DNA from: an uncultured Acidimicrobiia bacterium
Lineage (GTDB): Bacteria; Acidobacteriota; Terriglobia; Versatilivoradales; Versatilivoraceae
Assembly: GCA_963786955.1 (NCBI GenBank)
Contig: CAWBAT010000003.1
Span: 64,001 to 128,000, forward strand
Direction of reading: 5' to 3'
Length of the DNA: 64,000 nt
In this document: in pieces, positions 13,232 through 25,347 of the stretch
Layout of the letters: every line of letters starts with the position of its first letter
How positions within the stretch are numbered: the first letter of the stretch is position 1
Notes under the pieces: generated by a model
Database searches by the model: none
Told to the model about the DNA's origin: nothing
What the model saw: the letters and a program-made list of their open reading frames with translations, nothing else
Program-made: the position numbers and the translations under genes

Positions 13232-14593
13232 CTAATTCCGTGCTCGGTCTCGGTTGAACGCGAGAGAAGTGTTGTCGGCAGATTTCCAATAATCGGGAAG
13301 GTTTTGTTTTGTGTCCAGAAGAATTTGGTAGATCGCTTCTCGATCTGACGGGCTGAGTGACGCGAAGTCTTTGGATTTCTCTTGTCCTGTTAAGATTTCC
13401 CATAGCCTACGATAGGCGCGTTCTTGCGCGAGTTTGGGCAACGAATCAAAAGCCTGCGAATAGATCAAGAAGCTACAAGGATAGCGGAATATTCGTGTTT
13501 TCAGATCGAAATCTCGCAGCGAGCGACCCTTTTGGTCCCGGGGACCTTTCTTTACAAATTCCTCCTCAAATCCTGACGTTCCTTTCACCGGTTCCACGAG
13601 TTTCGCTTCTTCACTGAAAAGCATATATTTCAACATGGATTCGACTGTGCTGTTGATCCGGCGCCGAGTAGCATCGGACAACTGCTCCAGAGGGAGGCCC
13701 AGTGCGCGGTTCATGGCCTCCTGCTGATTGATGGCCATCCGGGTTTCCCAATTCGCCCGCGTCAAAAGATTATGCATGCGGACCTGATGCTCAAGGACCA
13801 TGAGGGCCACGATATCGCTATGGGGGCGAACGTAGGGGGCTAAATCTACCAACCTCCAGAGGTTGGTCACATTTGCCCCTAGGTCAAGATCGAGGTTATC
13901 CGGATGGTCCTTGTCTGTCACAGTGTTATTGCCCATGTGCCGCTGTGAACCATGGGTTCCTGTGACATACCATCCGCCCCATCTTTCCTTGAATGGGCTG
14001 GTATCGTCAGTCCGAAATGATCCCGCCTGCAGTTGGGGTATACCCTGTTTATCCGGATACACCGAACGGACAATATGCCCCGGTACGCCAAGCGTATTCG
14101 GCGATGCGTGACACTGGATGCACTCTTCCCTACGGACAAACTTCGGAGTTACCGATTTTCTTTGGTCGAGCGTGTAGAACATGGCTCCTTTTTCGGGATC
14201 CACAGAGGATGCTTCCACCACATCTCCTCCTTGAACCCAACCAATATAGACATCGTCATTGAAGTAGAGCGCTCGAGGGGCATCAGGGGAAATCAGGTGT
14301 TGCTGAAAACTTGTCTTCGAGAACACCAGAACTTGTGAGGACAGTGGAATCTGCAACTCCCTGAGCACAGACAGGAGGTAACCTTGGGGCTGAACATATT
14401 CGAGTTTTACCTCTCCTTTGTTGATTTGCTCCTGTAGCTTGGCAATAGGATCGTCCTTTGGCGTAGCAGAGTATTGAATAATGTCGTCGTCCAGAGGCAA
14501 TACAAACGAGGATTGGGCCATGAGAAGTAGCGAAAATAGAATTGCCGGGATGGATAACAATATCAAGCGAATGATCCAATTTTTCCTTCGCAT
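13232..14593 (-). CDS. Exported hypothetical protein with one CxxCH motif
   Basis: Signal peptide, CIQCH, VFSKTSFQ, ERWGGWYVTG and YPCSFLIYS. The ORF is intact. Confidence 0.8.
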   Translation of the reverse strand: MRRKNWIIRLILLSIPAILFSLLLMAQSSFVLPLDDDIIQYSATPKDDPIAKLQEQINKGEVKLEYVQPQGYLLSVLRELQIPLSSQVLVFSKTSFQQHLISPDAPRALYFNDDVYIGWVQGGDVVEASSVDPEKGAMFYTLDQRKSVTPKFVRREECIQCHASPNTLGVPGHIVRSVYPDKQGIPQLQAGSFRTDDTSPFKERWGGWYVTGTHGSQRHMGNNTVTDKDHPDNLDLDLGANVTNLWRLVDLAPYVRPHSDIVALMVLEHQVRMHNLLTRANWETRMAINQQEAMNRALGLPLEQLSDATRRRINSTVESMLKYMLFSEEAKLVEPVKGTSGFEEEFVKKGPRDQKGRSLRDFDLKTRIFRYPCSFLIYSQAFDSLPKLAQERAYRRLWEILTGQEKSKDFASLSPSDREAIYQILLDTKQNLPDYWKSADNTSLAFNRDRARN

Positions 14594-14601
14594 GTTTCGA
14601 G

Positions 14602-15039
14602 TCAGATTCCTTTCGTAGAGATTGAGACGCACAAGGAGGGCTGCGAGTAGGGGGTTAACAAATCGGCCAAGGTTGCGTTTGCAAAAGATTCTTCAAAAAT
14701 CTCCATGGCGTGATCCAACCGCTTGTGCAGTGGGCACAAACTTTGGCTATGTTGTTTCAAGCCCAGAGGACAAGTCCGAATTCTCTGGATGGGTTCCACG
14801 ACATTGATGATTTCCAGCACTGACGTGGAGGATGGAGATTTGGCTAACTCAAAACCTCCATGTTTTCCCCGCAATGCGCGAACCAGTCCAGCCTTCCCTA
14901 GAGACTGCAGCACCTTCGAGAGGTAATTCAAGGGGACACAAGTAGCAGTGGCAATTTGCTGGGTAGTTTGAGGCAACCCCTGATTCTCCGCTAACCAAAC
15001 TGTTGCACGTAAAGCGTATTCTGTCGTGAGTGAAAACAT
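14602..15039 (-). CDS. Rrf2-family transcriptional regulator
   Basis: EYALRA, YLSKVLQSL, RGKHGGFEL and a C-terminal CPLGLKQH...LCPLH motif. Confidence 0.93.
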   Translation of the reverse strand: MFSLTTEYALRATVWLAENQGLPQTTQQIATATCVPLNYLSKVLQSLGKAGLVRALRGKHGGFELAKSPSSTSVLEIINVVEPIQRIRTCPLGLKQHSQSLCPLHKRLDHAMEIFEESFANATLADLLTPYSQPSLCVSISTKGI

Positions 15040-15050
15040 CAGATTACCTT

Positions 15051-15080
15051 AAGTGGATATCTGGACAAACATGTCCACTT
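15051..15080. promoter_or_regulatory. Inverted repeat, probable Rrf2 operator
   Basis: aagtggatat-N10-atgtccactt (9/10 arms), about 11 nt upstream of the Rrf2 start codon. Confidence 0.55.
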
Positions 15081-15400
15081 TAAAGGAATCTTGCCCTCTT
15101 TGTCGATTTTTTTTGGCTCCCCCCTTTTGCATTCTTAATGATCTCGACAAATTCACCCTGTTCCCAAGCAGGCGATTTAGCGGGCAGGACGTTGTCGGAC
15201 GTCGGAATCTTGATTAATGCGGTAGACCTGGCGGCAAGCTTCGCATCGACTGGAGCGCTACTAATGGAAGCTTAAAGGAGCAGGCTCAAACCCAGATCGA
15301 TGCTGAAGTAAAGCCCCGCGCTGCTAGCGCTTCTGCCTGATATGAATCGCATCTTACGATGACCTCTGGGAGCGCCACTTTTTTTAGTGCTAGCAAGGGA

Positions 15401-16234
15401 TCAAGGTCGAATGCTTAGCTCCTGCATCATTTTATTGGTTTGTTCATAGGCCTCAGTGACCCAGCTGATGACGCCTTCCCTGGACGGATCCGGTGGCCAT
15501 TCCAGTTCGATGGAAACGCTGCCCTGGAAACCGGCTGTGGCAAGCTGGCCGAGATAAGCCTTGAGCGGTGCTCTGCCACGCCCCGGAGGCAAGTCGCCGT
15601 GTTTGTCGATGGCATCGGAAAGATGCACATGGGCAATGCGGCCCCTCAGCTTCTGGATTTCTTCGGGAGGCGTCTTCGCCAGGAAAAGATGGGAGCAATC
15701 GACATTTGCCATCACAACGCCAGGCAGGTCCACGGCTTTCAAAAAGGCGTCCATACTTTCAATCGAATTGACAATCGACATTCGGAATGGCTCCAGCTCA
15801 ACCGCAATGCGAATACCTGCGGCAGCGGCATGCTGCCCTATTTGGCGCATCCCTTCTACTACTGTGTTCCAGATCCACTCGCGAGTGAATCCCGTCTCGA
15901 GCTGCCAGAAGTACTCTCCGTTGACGATCAGAACGTTGTCGGCTTCCAGCAATGAAGCCAGGTCCACCAGACGGCGGCCAATTTCCACCGAATGCAAACG
16001 GGCTGAGCGGTTTGGATCAAAGAGCCCAAACAAGATCAAAGGAACCGAACGAATCGGCAATCCTGCCTGACGAGCATTGTCCTTTAAACTCTTAAGCTGT
16101 GTGCCGGACAACTCTCCCTCAACCGGCAATACGTCGATTGTGTCAAAGCCGATCTGCTTGGTCACCCAAATCCCTTCGTTATAGGGATCAATCGCAGTCC
16201 CTAACCAAACTGAATTAATCAAGCCAAGCTTCAT
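15401..16234 (-). CDS. Sugar phosphate isomerase/epimerase (xylose-isomerase-like TIM barrel)
   Basis: AVELEP, NVDCSH, HVHLSD, HGDLPPGRG and SIELE metal-ligand motifs. Confidence 0.88.
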   Translation of the reverse strand: MKLGLINSVWLGTAIDPYNEGIWVTKQIGFDTIDVLPVEGELSGTQLKSLKDNARQAGLPIRSVPLILFGLFDPNRSARLHSVEIGRRLVDLASLLEADNVLIVNGEYFWQLETGFTREWIWNTVVEGMRQIGQHAAAAGIRIAVELEPFRMSIVNSIESMDAFLKAVDLPGVVMANVDCSHLFLAKTPPEEIQKLRGRIAHVHLSDAIDKHGDLPPGRGRAPLKAYLGQLATAGFQGSVSIELEWPPDPSREGVISWVTEAYEQTNKMMQELSIRP

Positions 16235-16279
16235 AGGTATGGACCTCCTTAGGATTGGCAGAAGCAGGGCGCGACCGCT

Positions 16280-17419
16280 CTATGGTTTTTCAGTATCAAC
16301 TCCATTGCCCATGATCTCCGCCAGAGCCACCGCGCGATGCTCGTCTAGGGATTTGTAACAGGCATCCACTAGTGCCATAGTCTTCAAGTTATCCTGGCCG
16401 CTAATTTCAGGGTCCCCATCCTCATAGACAGCCCGCATGAGCTGTGCCATTGTGCCCTCGAACGCATCCGGGAACCAACGTTCTTTCCAGCGTGGCTGAA
16501 AAATATAGCTGGGCTGCTGCCGGCTGGTAAAGTTGAGTGTGCTGGGACTTCCCTCGGGATAGTCGGGCCAGCCGATGGTTCCCCAGGCGGCACCCTTCGC
16601 TGCCCTCGACGCGCCATTGAATGGAAGGCGCGCCTAAGGCGCCGTCCCGAGTAGGCCCTGTCCAGACATCATCCCACGACGTGGCGCGCAGGCCATTAGC
16701 ATACTCAAGAATGTAAAGGGCAATGCCATCACGGTGTTTATGCTTAAGGCGCGGATCGGGGCAGGCACTGGCAAACACCCGCTCCGGATCACCAAAGAGA
16801 AAGCGAAAACAATCCAGGTGATGAATGCTTAAGTTCAGCAATGTCAGTCGATTATAGTTCTGCAGAAAAGTCTGCCAGTGGGGAATCGCACGCAGTTCGA
16901 TGGTGGCCAGCACCGGCGATCCCAGAATTCCTCGCTTCAGCAAGGTCTTTAAGGCCCGGATCGATTGGTCGTAACGCATGTTCTGGTTGACGCCCAGCTT
17001 CTTTCCGCTGTAGCTTCACAAAGTTGGACGATTTGACAGGCTTCGAGATAGTTCATCGCCAAAGGTTTTTGGGCGAGTATGGCGCGAATGTGCGGCCTCC
17101 GGACGGCTTCGCGAATGATGTCGTGCTGTAAATCTGGAGGGAAAGCGATATCGACGATTTCTACGTGGGGATCATCCAGCAATGTTTGCCAGCTGTCGTA
17201 TACCTTCGGGATATTTCGTATCCTGGCAACTGCTCTGGCATTCTCAGGTGAGCGGGAGGCCAGGGCAACGACATGGAAATCGGCATTCTTGTAGGCAACC
17301 AGGTGAATATCCCGCATGATAAAACCCGCCCCGATACAACCAATTCCGTAATCGGTTTTGGCGGGGAAATGCGGGAGATAATCCAGGTCGAGATCAATGG
17401 GTAAGAACGTTTCTGGCAT
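16280..17419 (-). CDS. Gfo/Idh/MocA oxidoreductase, frameshifted
   Basis: IGCIGAGFI, AQKPLA, NQNMRY, IHHLD and ISGQDNLKTMALVDACY across three frames. Confidence 0.88.
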
Positions 17420-17633
17420 GGTGCGGCCTCTATTTTGTTATGTTGCCCCGGATACCAGCTCTCACCATGCTGTTACCCGGAGGAACATCCTCGACTCGAG
17501 TTAGCTGAATTCAAATCTTGACTCATGTCCATTCGGCATTCCAGGAGGAATACTTTTTTTTAGATTCCTTTGAATACAACAGCCGATCATACCTTTCTGC
17601 AAAAGCCTGCTTCCGCAAATTGTCATCTCTGAC

Positions 17634-19688
17634 TTAAGGGGGATAAGATCGCAGCCCAACCGCCTCCAGAGGCGAGACGAACATGCAGATAGTCTGCTCG
17701 ATGAACTCGCATTTCTGCTGATTTTTACGCTGGTAGCAACTTTGTCGGCGTCCGGTTCCATCCGCAAAAATGAGTGCCTCGTACTCCCCCTGGCCAAGGA
17801 AATCCAAGGACACTTCCAAATCCCGGGAGTCCCAATTCGTCATGCTGCCTAGATACCAGGTCTCGCCATGTTGCCGCGCTATCGTGATGTACTTTGCCGG
17901 TTCTCCATTGAGGACCTTCGTCTCGTTCCATACCGTTGGAACTCTTTCAATGAACTCAAAAGCGGGTTGGTCTTCATAAGCTGCCGGGTAATCCGCAAGC
18001 ATGGCCAATGGCATCTCATAGACAACGTACATGGCAAGCTGGCGTGCGCGGGTTCCCTGTGACATGGGTTCGATCATGCGTGGCTTGAACTCTTCACGTG
18101 TGGCGTTATGAAACGACCCGGGCGTGTAGTCCATCGGCCCAGCCAGCATTCGGGTGAAAGGGATAGTCACTTCGTGCTCCAGGGTTTGCCCGATCCCCCA
18201 CCTTGTGGTATTCCATGGCCAGAATGCCTTCACTAACCAGCTCATTGGGATAAGTCCGACGCAGTCCCGCGGATTTATGAGCGCCATGGAAATCCACAAC
18301 CAGATGGTGTTCGGCAGCCTTGCGCGCCATCTTTTCGTAGAAGTTCACCATCTCCTGATCATCCCGATTCATAAAGTCAATTTTCACACCCGATACGCCC
18401 CACTTCTCGTAAAGCGGAAAAGCGGTTCCATCTGCTCTCTCACAGCAGTCCAGATCATCCACAGGAGTATCCGGACTCCCCGGCGCTTGGCGTGGGCGAG
18501 GATATCCGGTAAATCGACTTCCGCGATTGGTCGTGTGATGTCATTAAAAGGCGACCAATTGCCGTCAATCAACATGTACTCCAAGTGGTGTTCGGCGGCA
18601 AAATCAATGTAATGTTTCAACGTGGCCGTATTCATCCCTGGCTCGAAGTCCACGCCTCTTTGCCAGACGGCCAGACCACCAGTCCCACGCGGCCTTGCCT
18701 GGCTTGATCCAGGACGTATCAGCCAGGGCACAAGGCGGGCTTAGATTCAGGATCAAGATAATTGGATTCGATGAGTCCGCCAGGGCGAGAGTCAATCATG
18801 AAAACCCGCCATGGTGATGCTTTTGGAGTTTTTCCCAGAACGATGTCCTCTGATCCGACTTGATCGCTACGGCGGCGGGACGAAATTAAGATGGCTGCTT
18901 GAGCCGACTTCCAGGTTCTCTCAAGCTCACTTTCGATAGCGACCGCGTCGATGTACGTTCCCATGGTCGAAGCGTCAAAGCTCGGCATCGGCGATAGCTT
19001 GCTCATCAAAGCATTTCGGACTCCGTAAACCGCAGATAAGTACATGCCGGCGTAATCCGTCAAATCAGCTTCAAGCAGTGCTACCCAAGGGCCTTTCGGG
19101 AATTCGATAAGCAAAGGCAATCCTATGGTCGAAGTGGGCTTGATTTGATCCAGAGTGACGCGATTAAAATGAGCTTCATAAGGAGTCGTATAAGCTTCCC
19201 AAATTAAGGGCATACACGAAGACATCTTGTGGAAAATAAAATCCTGTGTTCTCGGAAGAAAGGACAAATTGGTTGATCGCTTCCTGTTTTGGCAGGAAAT
19301 AGCGGAAGGCCACGCCCTCATTGTAGGCGCGGAAAATGAGGTCCAGTCGACGTCCTAGGGGTGGTTGCTCGCACAACGACACGATCAATTCGTTATAATG
19401 GTCACGGACAATGCGTTTTGCTCCAAACTCATTTTGCCAAGTTCCATCGTGAGAATGTCGCTCGGTTCCGACAATTTCGAAATCATGGTCAAGGGGTGGC
19501 AAATCTTTGAAATCCAGGCCCAACGGCGAGTCTGCCAAAACTAGGTTGGCCGATGTACGAGATCCGATAGTAGGCTCGTTCACCCGGAGGATAGGGCTGG
19601 AGGAGGGTTTTTAACTCGAAAGAGATGGAGTTGTTGCTCGTCCGGTGAAGTAACCGCTAGTGGCTGAAGAAGTGGTCTCTTGCATCAT
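17634..19688 (-). CDS. Glycoside hydrolase family 97, multiple frameshifts
   Basis: FRAYNEGVAFRY, SWIKPGKAAWDWW, GVKIDFM, VDFHG and PFTRMLAGPMDYTPG. RBS aaggag precedes 19688. Confidence 0.9.
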
Positions 19689-20397
19689 AACTCCTTAAAG
19701 TCAGATGGTATATGGTTTGTAAACCCACTGGGCTAAGGAATTATTGCTGGACCTTGAAGCTGTGCCTCATCAAAGAGATTGTGAAACCCATAGGGCTAAA
19801 AAGATGCAAATACCCCTGTGGCAACTCACATTTTGGTCTTCCTGGAATGTCCTTGGCAAGGTCAAAAGAGAACTTGCATTCGATGAATTGAGACGATCAA
19901 ATCCGCAGGGTTGTCACTATACGTGGGATTCGGTTCTCGCAACGGCAAAAAGTGGCCTCCAGAAACTTGTAGAAGGCGGCAGCCTTCCTGGTGTGTTCCT
20001 CAACATTGCATTGCCCATCATGTCTTCATTGACTAGCTCGTGCCCGGAGTTTACCTAAGTTGTGATTCCGCAATTAACGCTTGGATCTTGAATGTCCAAT
20101 GCATCTCGAATAAGATGGTCAGCCATGGGGCATCTTATGCCTGTACACGCAGAAGCTCTCCGCCGTAAAAGTGACTTAAACGTCTTTGATTTTGATCCGG
20201 CAGCTAATCTGCCGATTTGCTCAGCGTTGCCGCAGCGACAGGTCTCCAGGAATGTCGGGGCACGCAATGGCGTGGCTCTTGATAGCTTTCAGTCATCGAG
20301 CACTCAGCGATGCCTGCCCCTACGTTGTCGAAGTTAAAGTCTCATAAAGCCACTCCCGGAACATGTTCGTTCATCAAATTCATAGGAGGCAAAACTC

Positions 20398-23300
20398 ATG
20401 CTTACATACCCTCTCAATGTATTGTTTCAAGAAGTCGGGACACCAAGTTTGAACCGGCATATACGTTGGGTCTTCAGCTTGCTAGGGGTGTTGTTTTTCC
20501 TTCAGTCGGTACTGGTCGCTGATCTGTGGGCTGGGGAGACTCGTCCTAAACCCAAGCCCGCTTCTCTTTCTCGAGAGATTCTCCTCAGTGGCGAAGATTG
20601 GAGGCTGGGGGCCTTCCCCTTCGAAGAAGGCGAACGTCGCGGAGTTAACGCGGCAAAGTTTGATGACAGCGGGTTTAGAACCGTCAAAGTTCCAGGCGAG
20701 GTCCAGCTGCAAATTGGGCTCAAGGGGATGGATCTTTACTACCAGAGCAAAGAACTGACTCTGGTAAACGAGAAGGAATGGTGGTACCGCAAGCAGTTCG
20801 TCGCTTCACCAGAATCAGCCGGTAGAGTCGTGCGTCTGATCTTTGATGGGGTGGATTACTTTGCAACCGTCTGGCTCAATGGGGAAAAACTTGGAGAGCA
20901 TGAAGGCTGCTACGTCCCCTTTTCATACGACGTCAGTTCCAAGTTGAAATTTGGTGGCGAAAACCAGCTAGCAATAAAAGTCACTTGTCCCTGGGTTCCC
21001 AAAGGACGAGGCTTCCTGGAATATATGAAGGGAGAATGGACGTTGGTTTCTCCCGGGAATATCATGCGTTTCCCTTTCCCACCCTTTATTCTAGGTCCTT
21101 ACTGGGATGGGATCCCCGCCGCTGGGAACGCGGTTTTTCCAATGGGACTCTTTCGAGATGTGAAGTTAGTCGTTTCGGGACCGATCGTAGTCGGTGATCT
21201 TTTTGTAAACACGAAGTCGCTTAATCCTGATGGTAGTGCAACGCTCGGAATTTCCGGGGTGATCGCCAACTTTGGGAAGCAAGACGCCTCGGCTACATTA
21301 GATTTGAAAATTACGCCCGATAATTTCACCGGCGATCCCATCCCGTTACCCAGACAAAGTTTGACAGTTCATCCGGGCGAGAACAATTTTAGCGCAGAAG
21401 TCGTCGTCAAGACCCCTCAATTGTGGTGGACCTGGGATCTGGGTGCGCAGAACTTGTACAAAGCAACCGCCACGGTGGCCCCATCAGGGGGAAGTCCGGA
21501 GACGAAGGAAACGGTGTTTGGAATCCGGACTATCGCCCGAAAAGAAGATATGAGTTATTGGCTGAATGGCAAGCGCCTTTATCTAAAAGGCGCCTGGTAT
21601 CCGATGGGCGATTACTATGGAAGCAAACCGACACGCGAGACCTATGAAAAAGATCTCGAACTGTACAGGGCCGCCAACCTGAATCATCTGGTTGCCTTTA
21701 CGGTTGTTGAAAAACCAGATTTTTACGACCTGTGCGACCGACTCGGCATCCTTGAGTTCTTTGAGTTTCCTTTTGAACAATTTGGGCCGATAGAGGTTTT
21801 GTCTCACACCAACCCGCGCCGCGAGACTTTTGTCCAAGAGTCGCTTCGCCAGGTTCGACAGATCCTCATTCAGCTTCGAAATCATCCTTCAATCATCGTA
21901 TGGGCAGCTTTTGCCGAGGCTCGGATGAGTGGCAAAGGGTGGGGAGTCGGAGAGGAAGATTGGGAGCAGTATGGCTACAGCAAGTATTCGGAGGATATCG
22001 GCAAGCTGGTTGCAGAATTGGCTCCTGGAACCATCTATCATCCGAGCCTTTGTGATGTAGGGGAACAACACTTCTGGATGGGCAATTCCGGGATGGGAGT
22101 TACCGGAACTTATTTGGAACATTTCAATGCCAACACCGGATTTGTCTCCGAGTATGGAGGCATCGCCATTCCCGCTTATGAGAGTTTGAAAAAAATACTG
22201 TCGCCCGAGGACATGTGGTCTAACCAGAACTTGACTCTTCCTCAGTGGTACAACCTCCCAATCAATGTGCCGGCATACTCTTATCATACGAGTTTTGAGT
22301 ACAACGGTTTTGCGAGCGTGCTGAACCGGGTCCATAAGTTTGTGGATCGCAACATCAAGTCGGTTCAGGAACTCATTGATGACTCCCAACTCTATCAAGC
22401 ATTCATCTTTAAATATGCGACTGAAGGCTATCGCCGGAAGAAGTACAACTCCATCAACGGGACCCGGATCTGGGCCTACGGCGAAGTAACGCCCGGAATT
22501 CGTTTCAATTTTCTGGATTACTACCGGGTGCCCAAGATGGGTTACTACTTCCTGAAGAGAGCTCAGGAGCGATTCGCCATTAATTTTGCCTATGAAGAAG
22601 CCTTGGAGTCTCAGGTGTCCGGCAAGTCTCTGCGGATTCCTGTCTGGGTCATCAACGATTACCGGCAGGCGGTACCCTTTGAAGTTCACTGTGAAATTTT
22701 GGATTTACAGGGGAAAAAACTTTGGAGCCAGGACTTTCCCGGGACCGTGGACAGTGATGGAAGCAAGGAAGTCGGAATCGTCGATTGGGTAACGCCGGAT
22801 ACTCCTGGAGTTTATGTTCTGCGAGGCCGGGTTGTAGGAAAGGGAGAAGGGAATTGGGTCGCTGAGAATTCGACCTTCATCAAGGTGACTCCGAAACTTT
22901 TCGCTCGCCCCTTTAATGTGCTCCTCATCGGAGAACAAAAATACAACCCTCCGATTGCGGCCATGCTCCGTGCAGTAGGGGTTCATGTGGATGTGATTCA
23001 GGAGAACTCTGTCTTCGATCTTGCTCAGCTGCGGAATCCGGGAGAAATCCGGAAGCGGTATGACGTGGTTTGGCTGGCATGCTTCGATTCACTGTGGAAA
23101 ATTCTGGACAATGAAATGGCCGAGGGATTGAAACAGGCCATCCAAGAAGGAGTCGGGTTCATCCATACCGGCGGGCCAGGAAGTTTTCATGGAGGCTTTG
23201 GCCGGGCTGCTTTGCTGGATGTCCGGCCGCTGGCGGAGGTTTTGCCGGTATCGCTTCACAACCGCAACGATGCCGTTTTCGGGCAAGTCAAAGAAGCATA

Positions 23301-24074
23301 TCAAAACTTCTGCTGACATCTTGGCCCAGTCCTTCCTGGAGATTAAAGACATTCAAGTGGCAGGAGACGCAGGGCAAGGATTGAGTGACACTGAATGGAA
23401 GCTGTACGGCCTGCCCGGGTTTAATAATGTGGAATTGAAACCCGGCACAAGACAGCTACTCACAATCTCAGGACGGCCACTGCTGGTGATGGGGCAGTAC
23501 GGGAAGGGGAAGACTGTCGTTTTCACGGGATTCACCCCAGTCTATTCGGAAAAAAAATCTCCCTGGGACCCCAAACTTAACGCTCCGTATGCACTGGATC
23601 AGGAATTTGTTACCCATCCCGTTACTAAAGCCTATTTTGACCTGTTCGTGAGGGTGATTGCGGCTGCTACTAGCCGAGAAGCCAGTGGGAGATTTTGGCC
23701 AAATCCTAAGCATGCGGGAAAAGCCATTGTTTGAAATGCTGCAAGACCAGGCACCCGCAACGGTTAACACGGCGGATTCAGTCAAGGCTACGGCTTCGGG
23801 TAATCGGGCATCCACATCTTTGAATTTTACCAACGGAACAAAATACGCACGCTTGATTCGAGTCCGCGCAGAATGGGACGAGGCCCAGCCCGGGAACCCT
23901 TATCTCATCCTCTACAAGGACAATTACTTCGATTTAATGCCGGAAGAAAGCAAGTCGCTCGCTCTGGATCTATTCCTGCCGCCGGGCCAGGGAAGGCAGG
24001 TTCACGGCCGGCTGATTGTAGAGGGAAGCAATACGTCGCCACGGGAGATTCCAATCACAATCGATCGCAAGTAA
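20398..24074 (+). CDS. GH2 beta-mannosidase-like glycosidase with C-terminal class-I-GATase-like and Ig-like domains; frameshifts near 23290 and 23670
   Basis: FDGVDYFATVWLNG, FGIRTI, FYDLCDRLGI, RNHPSIIVW and FVSEYG. C-terminal GVGFIHTGGPGSF...LAEVLPV and DNYFDLMPEE. Confidence 0.85.
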
Positions 24075-24115
24075 ACGACCCAAATCTTTCCTCCGCGAAG
24101 GGGAGTCGCCTCAAT

Positions 24116-24257
24116 TCCCCTCCGCTGGAGGGAAGCTGTGAAAGAATTGGCTGCAGCGGCGCTCTATGAGCGCCATTTCTTTTCATTTCAACGGCCTGAC
24201 CGGCGCTCATAGAGCGCCGCTACAATTTCTTCACACTTTAGGGGTGCAGGGGTGGGT
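24116..24257. repeat. Nested REP-like elements
   Basis: Inverted pair gcagcggcgctctatgagcgcc / ggcgctcatagagcgccgctac with outer arms tgtgaaagaattg / caatttcttcaca. It is flanked by ttcccctccgctggagg and ggggtgcaggggtgggt. Confidence 0.6.
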
Positions 24258-24273
24258 CTCAACCTCGTAATCA

Positions 24274-25347
24274 TCACTGTTTGATTCTCGAGAAGTTGAC
24301 TCGAATCCCGGTAGTGAAAAGGATGTCATTGTTTTTGCGGCCTTCAACCGGGTTGCTTTGGTACCGATCGCTGAAGGTCAATTGCCAGGCGAGCAACTTG
24401 GTCAAGGTAGTTACGGTACCGAACTCAAAATTAATTCGGTACTGTCCCAGATCTGTCATATTCGGGAAGATCCGGAGAGCCTGGGTAAGAGACGTAGCCT
24501 TAGAGATTTTATGGGTGAGAGTATTACCAAAAGATAACTCCGCTGAATTCCGGGTCAACGGGGTTGAGTATTTCTCACGATTGTAATCGGCTCCTCCGAG
24601 CAGATCCAATCGGGTCCGTTCATTCTTGATGACACTGTAGCCAAGGCCTCCTCCGATGACGAAGCGCAAATCCAAATCCTGGAACTTGTCATATTCATAA
24701 TTGTTGAAGATGTTGACGAACAGGCGAGGGCTCAAGTTTTTATCGTAGGCCCAACCTCCGAGGATGGCTTGGGCGGTGCTTGCCGTTGTCCCGTCGACCA
24801 GTTTTCCGGTTGCGTAGATCTGGTTAAAATAGGCTATGGTCTTGTCTGTGCGGGTTACGCGCGAAGCGTTCATGGCAGAGTTGATTGTCGTTGTGTCGGC
24901 GTTCCCGCGGGCAAGGCTGACGCCTAGATCCGCATAACCGGTCCAGAGGTTGAAGATACTGGGATGTTGCAGCCGTTCGTAGGCTTTTTGCTCATCCGTA
25001 TTGCGAATGGCAGAAACGCTGGCAAACGGGACGGATTCTCTCGTAGTCGGCGTGGTGACCTCCAGCTTATTGTCTTGAGTGTCTACTTTTCCCAGAACCG
25101 ACTTCCCGTCCGGTAAGACCACGGTTACGTCCTCATCCGAGGTAACCTGTTCGACTTTTTCCCACGGAATTGTGACCTCTCCAAATACGCTACTCTTAAA
25201 GGCAAGGCTGGCTCCATCCTTCTTCAGGATTTTTCCAGACACTCGGTCGCCGTTCTTAAGTGTCACTTGATCGGCCCAAACCAGGCAGACAAAAAAAGGC
25301 AAAATAGCAATCGACAGTTTTCTTGAAATCATGATCAATGGCCTCAC
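24274..25347 (-). CDS. DUF481 outer-membrane beta-barrel protein
   Basis: Signal peptide, ADQVTLKNGDRVSG, GVSLARGN, YEYDKFQDLDLR, amphipathic strands and C-terminal TGIRVNF. Confidence 0.85.
   Translation of the reverse strand: MRPLIMISRKLSIAILPFFVCLVWADQVTLKNGDRVSGKILKKDGASLAFKSSVFGEVTIPWEKVEQVTSDEDVTVVLPDGKSVLGKVDTQDNKLEVTTPTTRESVPFASVSAIRNTDEQKAYERLQHPSIFNLWTGYADLGVSLARGNADTTTINSAMNASRVTRTDKTIAYFNQIYATGKLVDGTTASTAQAILGGWAYDKNLSPRLFVNIFNNYEYDKFQDLDLRFVIGGGLGYSVIKNERTRLDLLGGADYNREKYSTPLTRNSAELSFGNTLTHKISKATSLTQALRIFPNMTDLGQYRINFEFGTVTTLTKLLAWQLTFSDRYQSNPVEGRKNNDILFTTGIRVNFSRIKQ

Noticed and set aside
19700-20390. Short ORFs between the GH97 and GH2 genes
   Set aside because: No recognisable motifs or RBS; treated as intergenic or decayed sequence.
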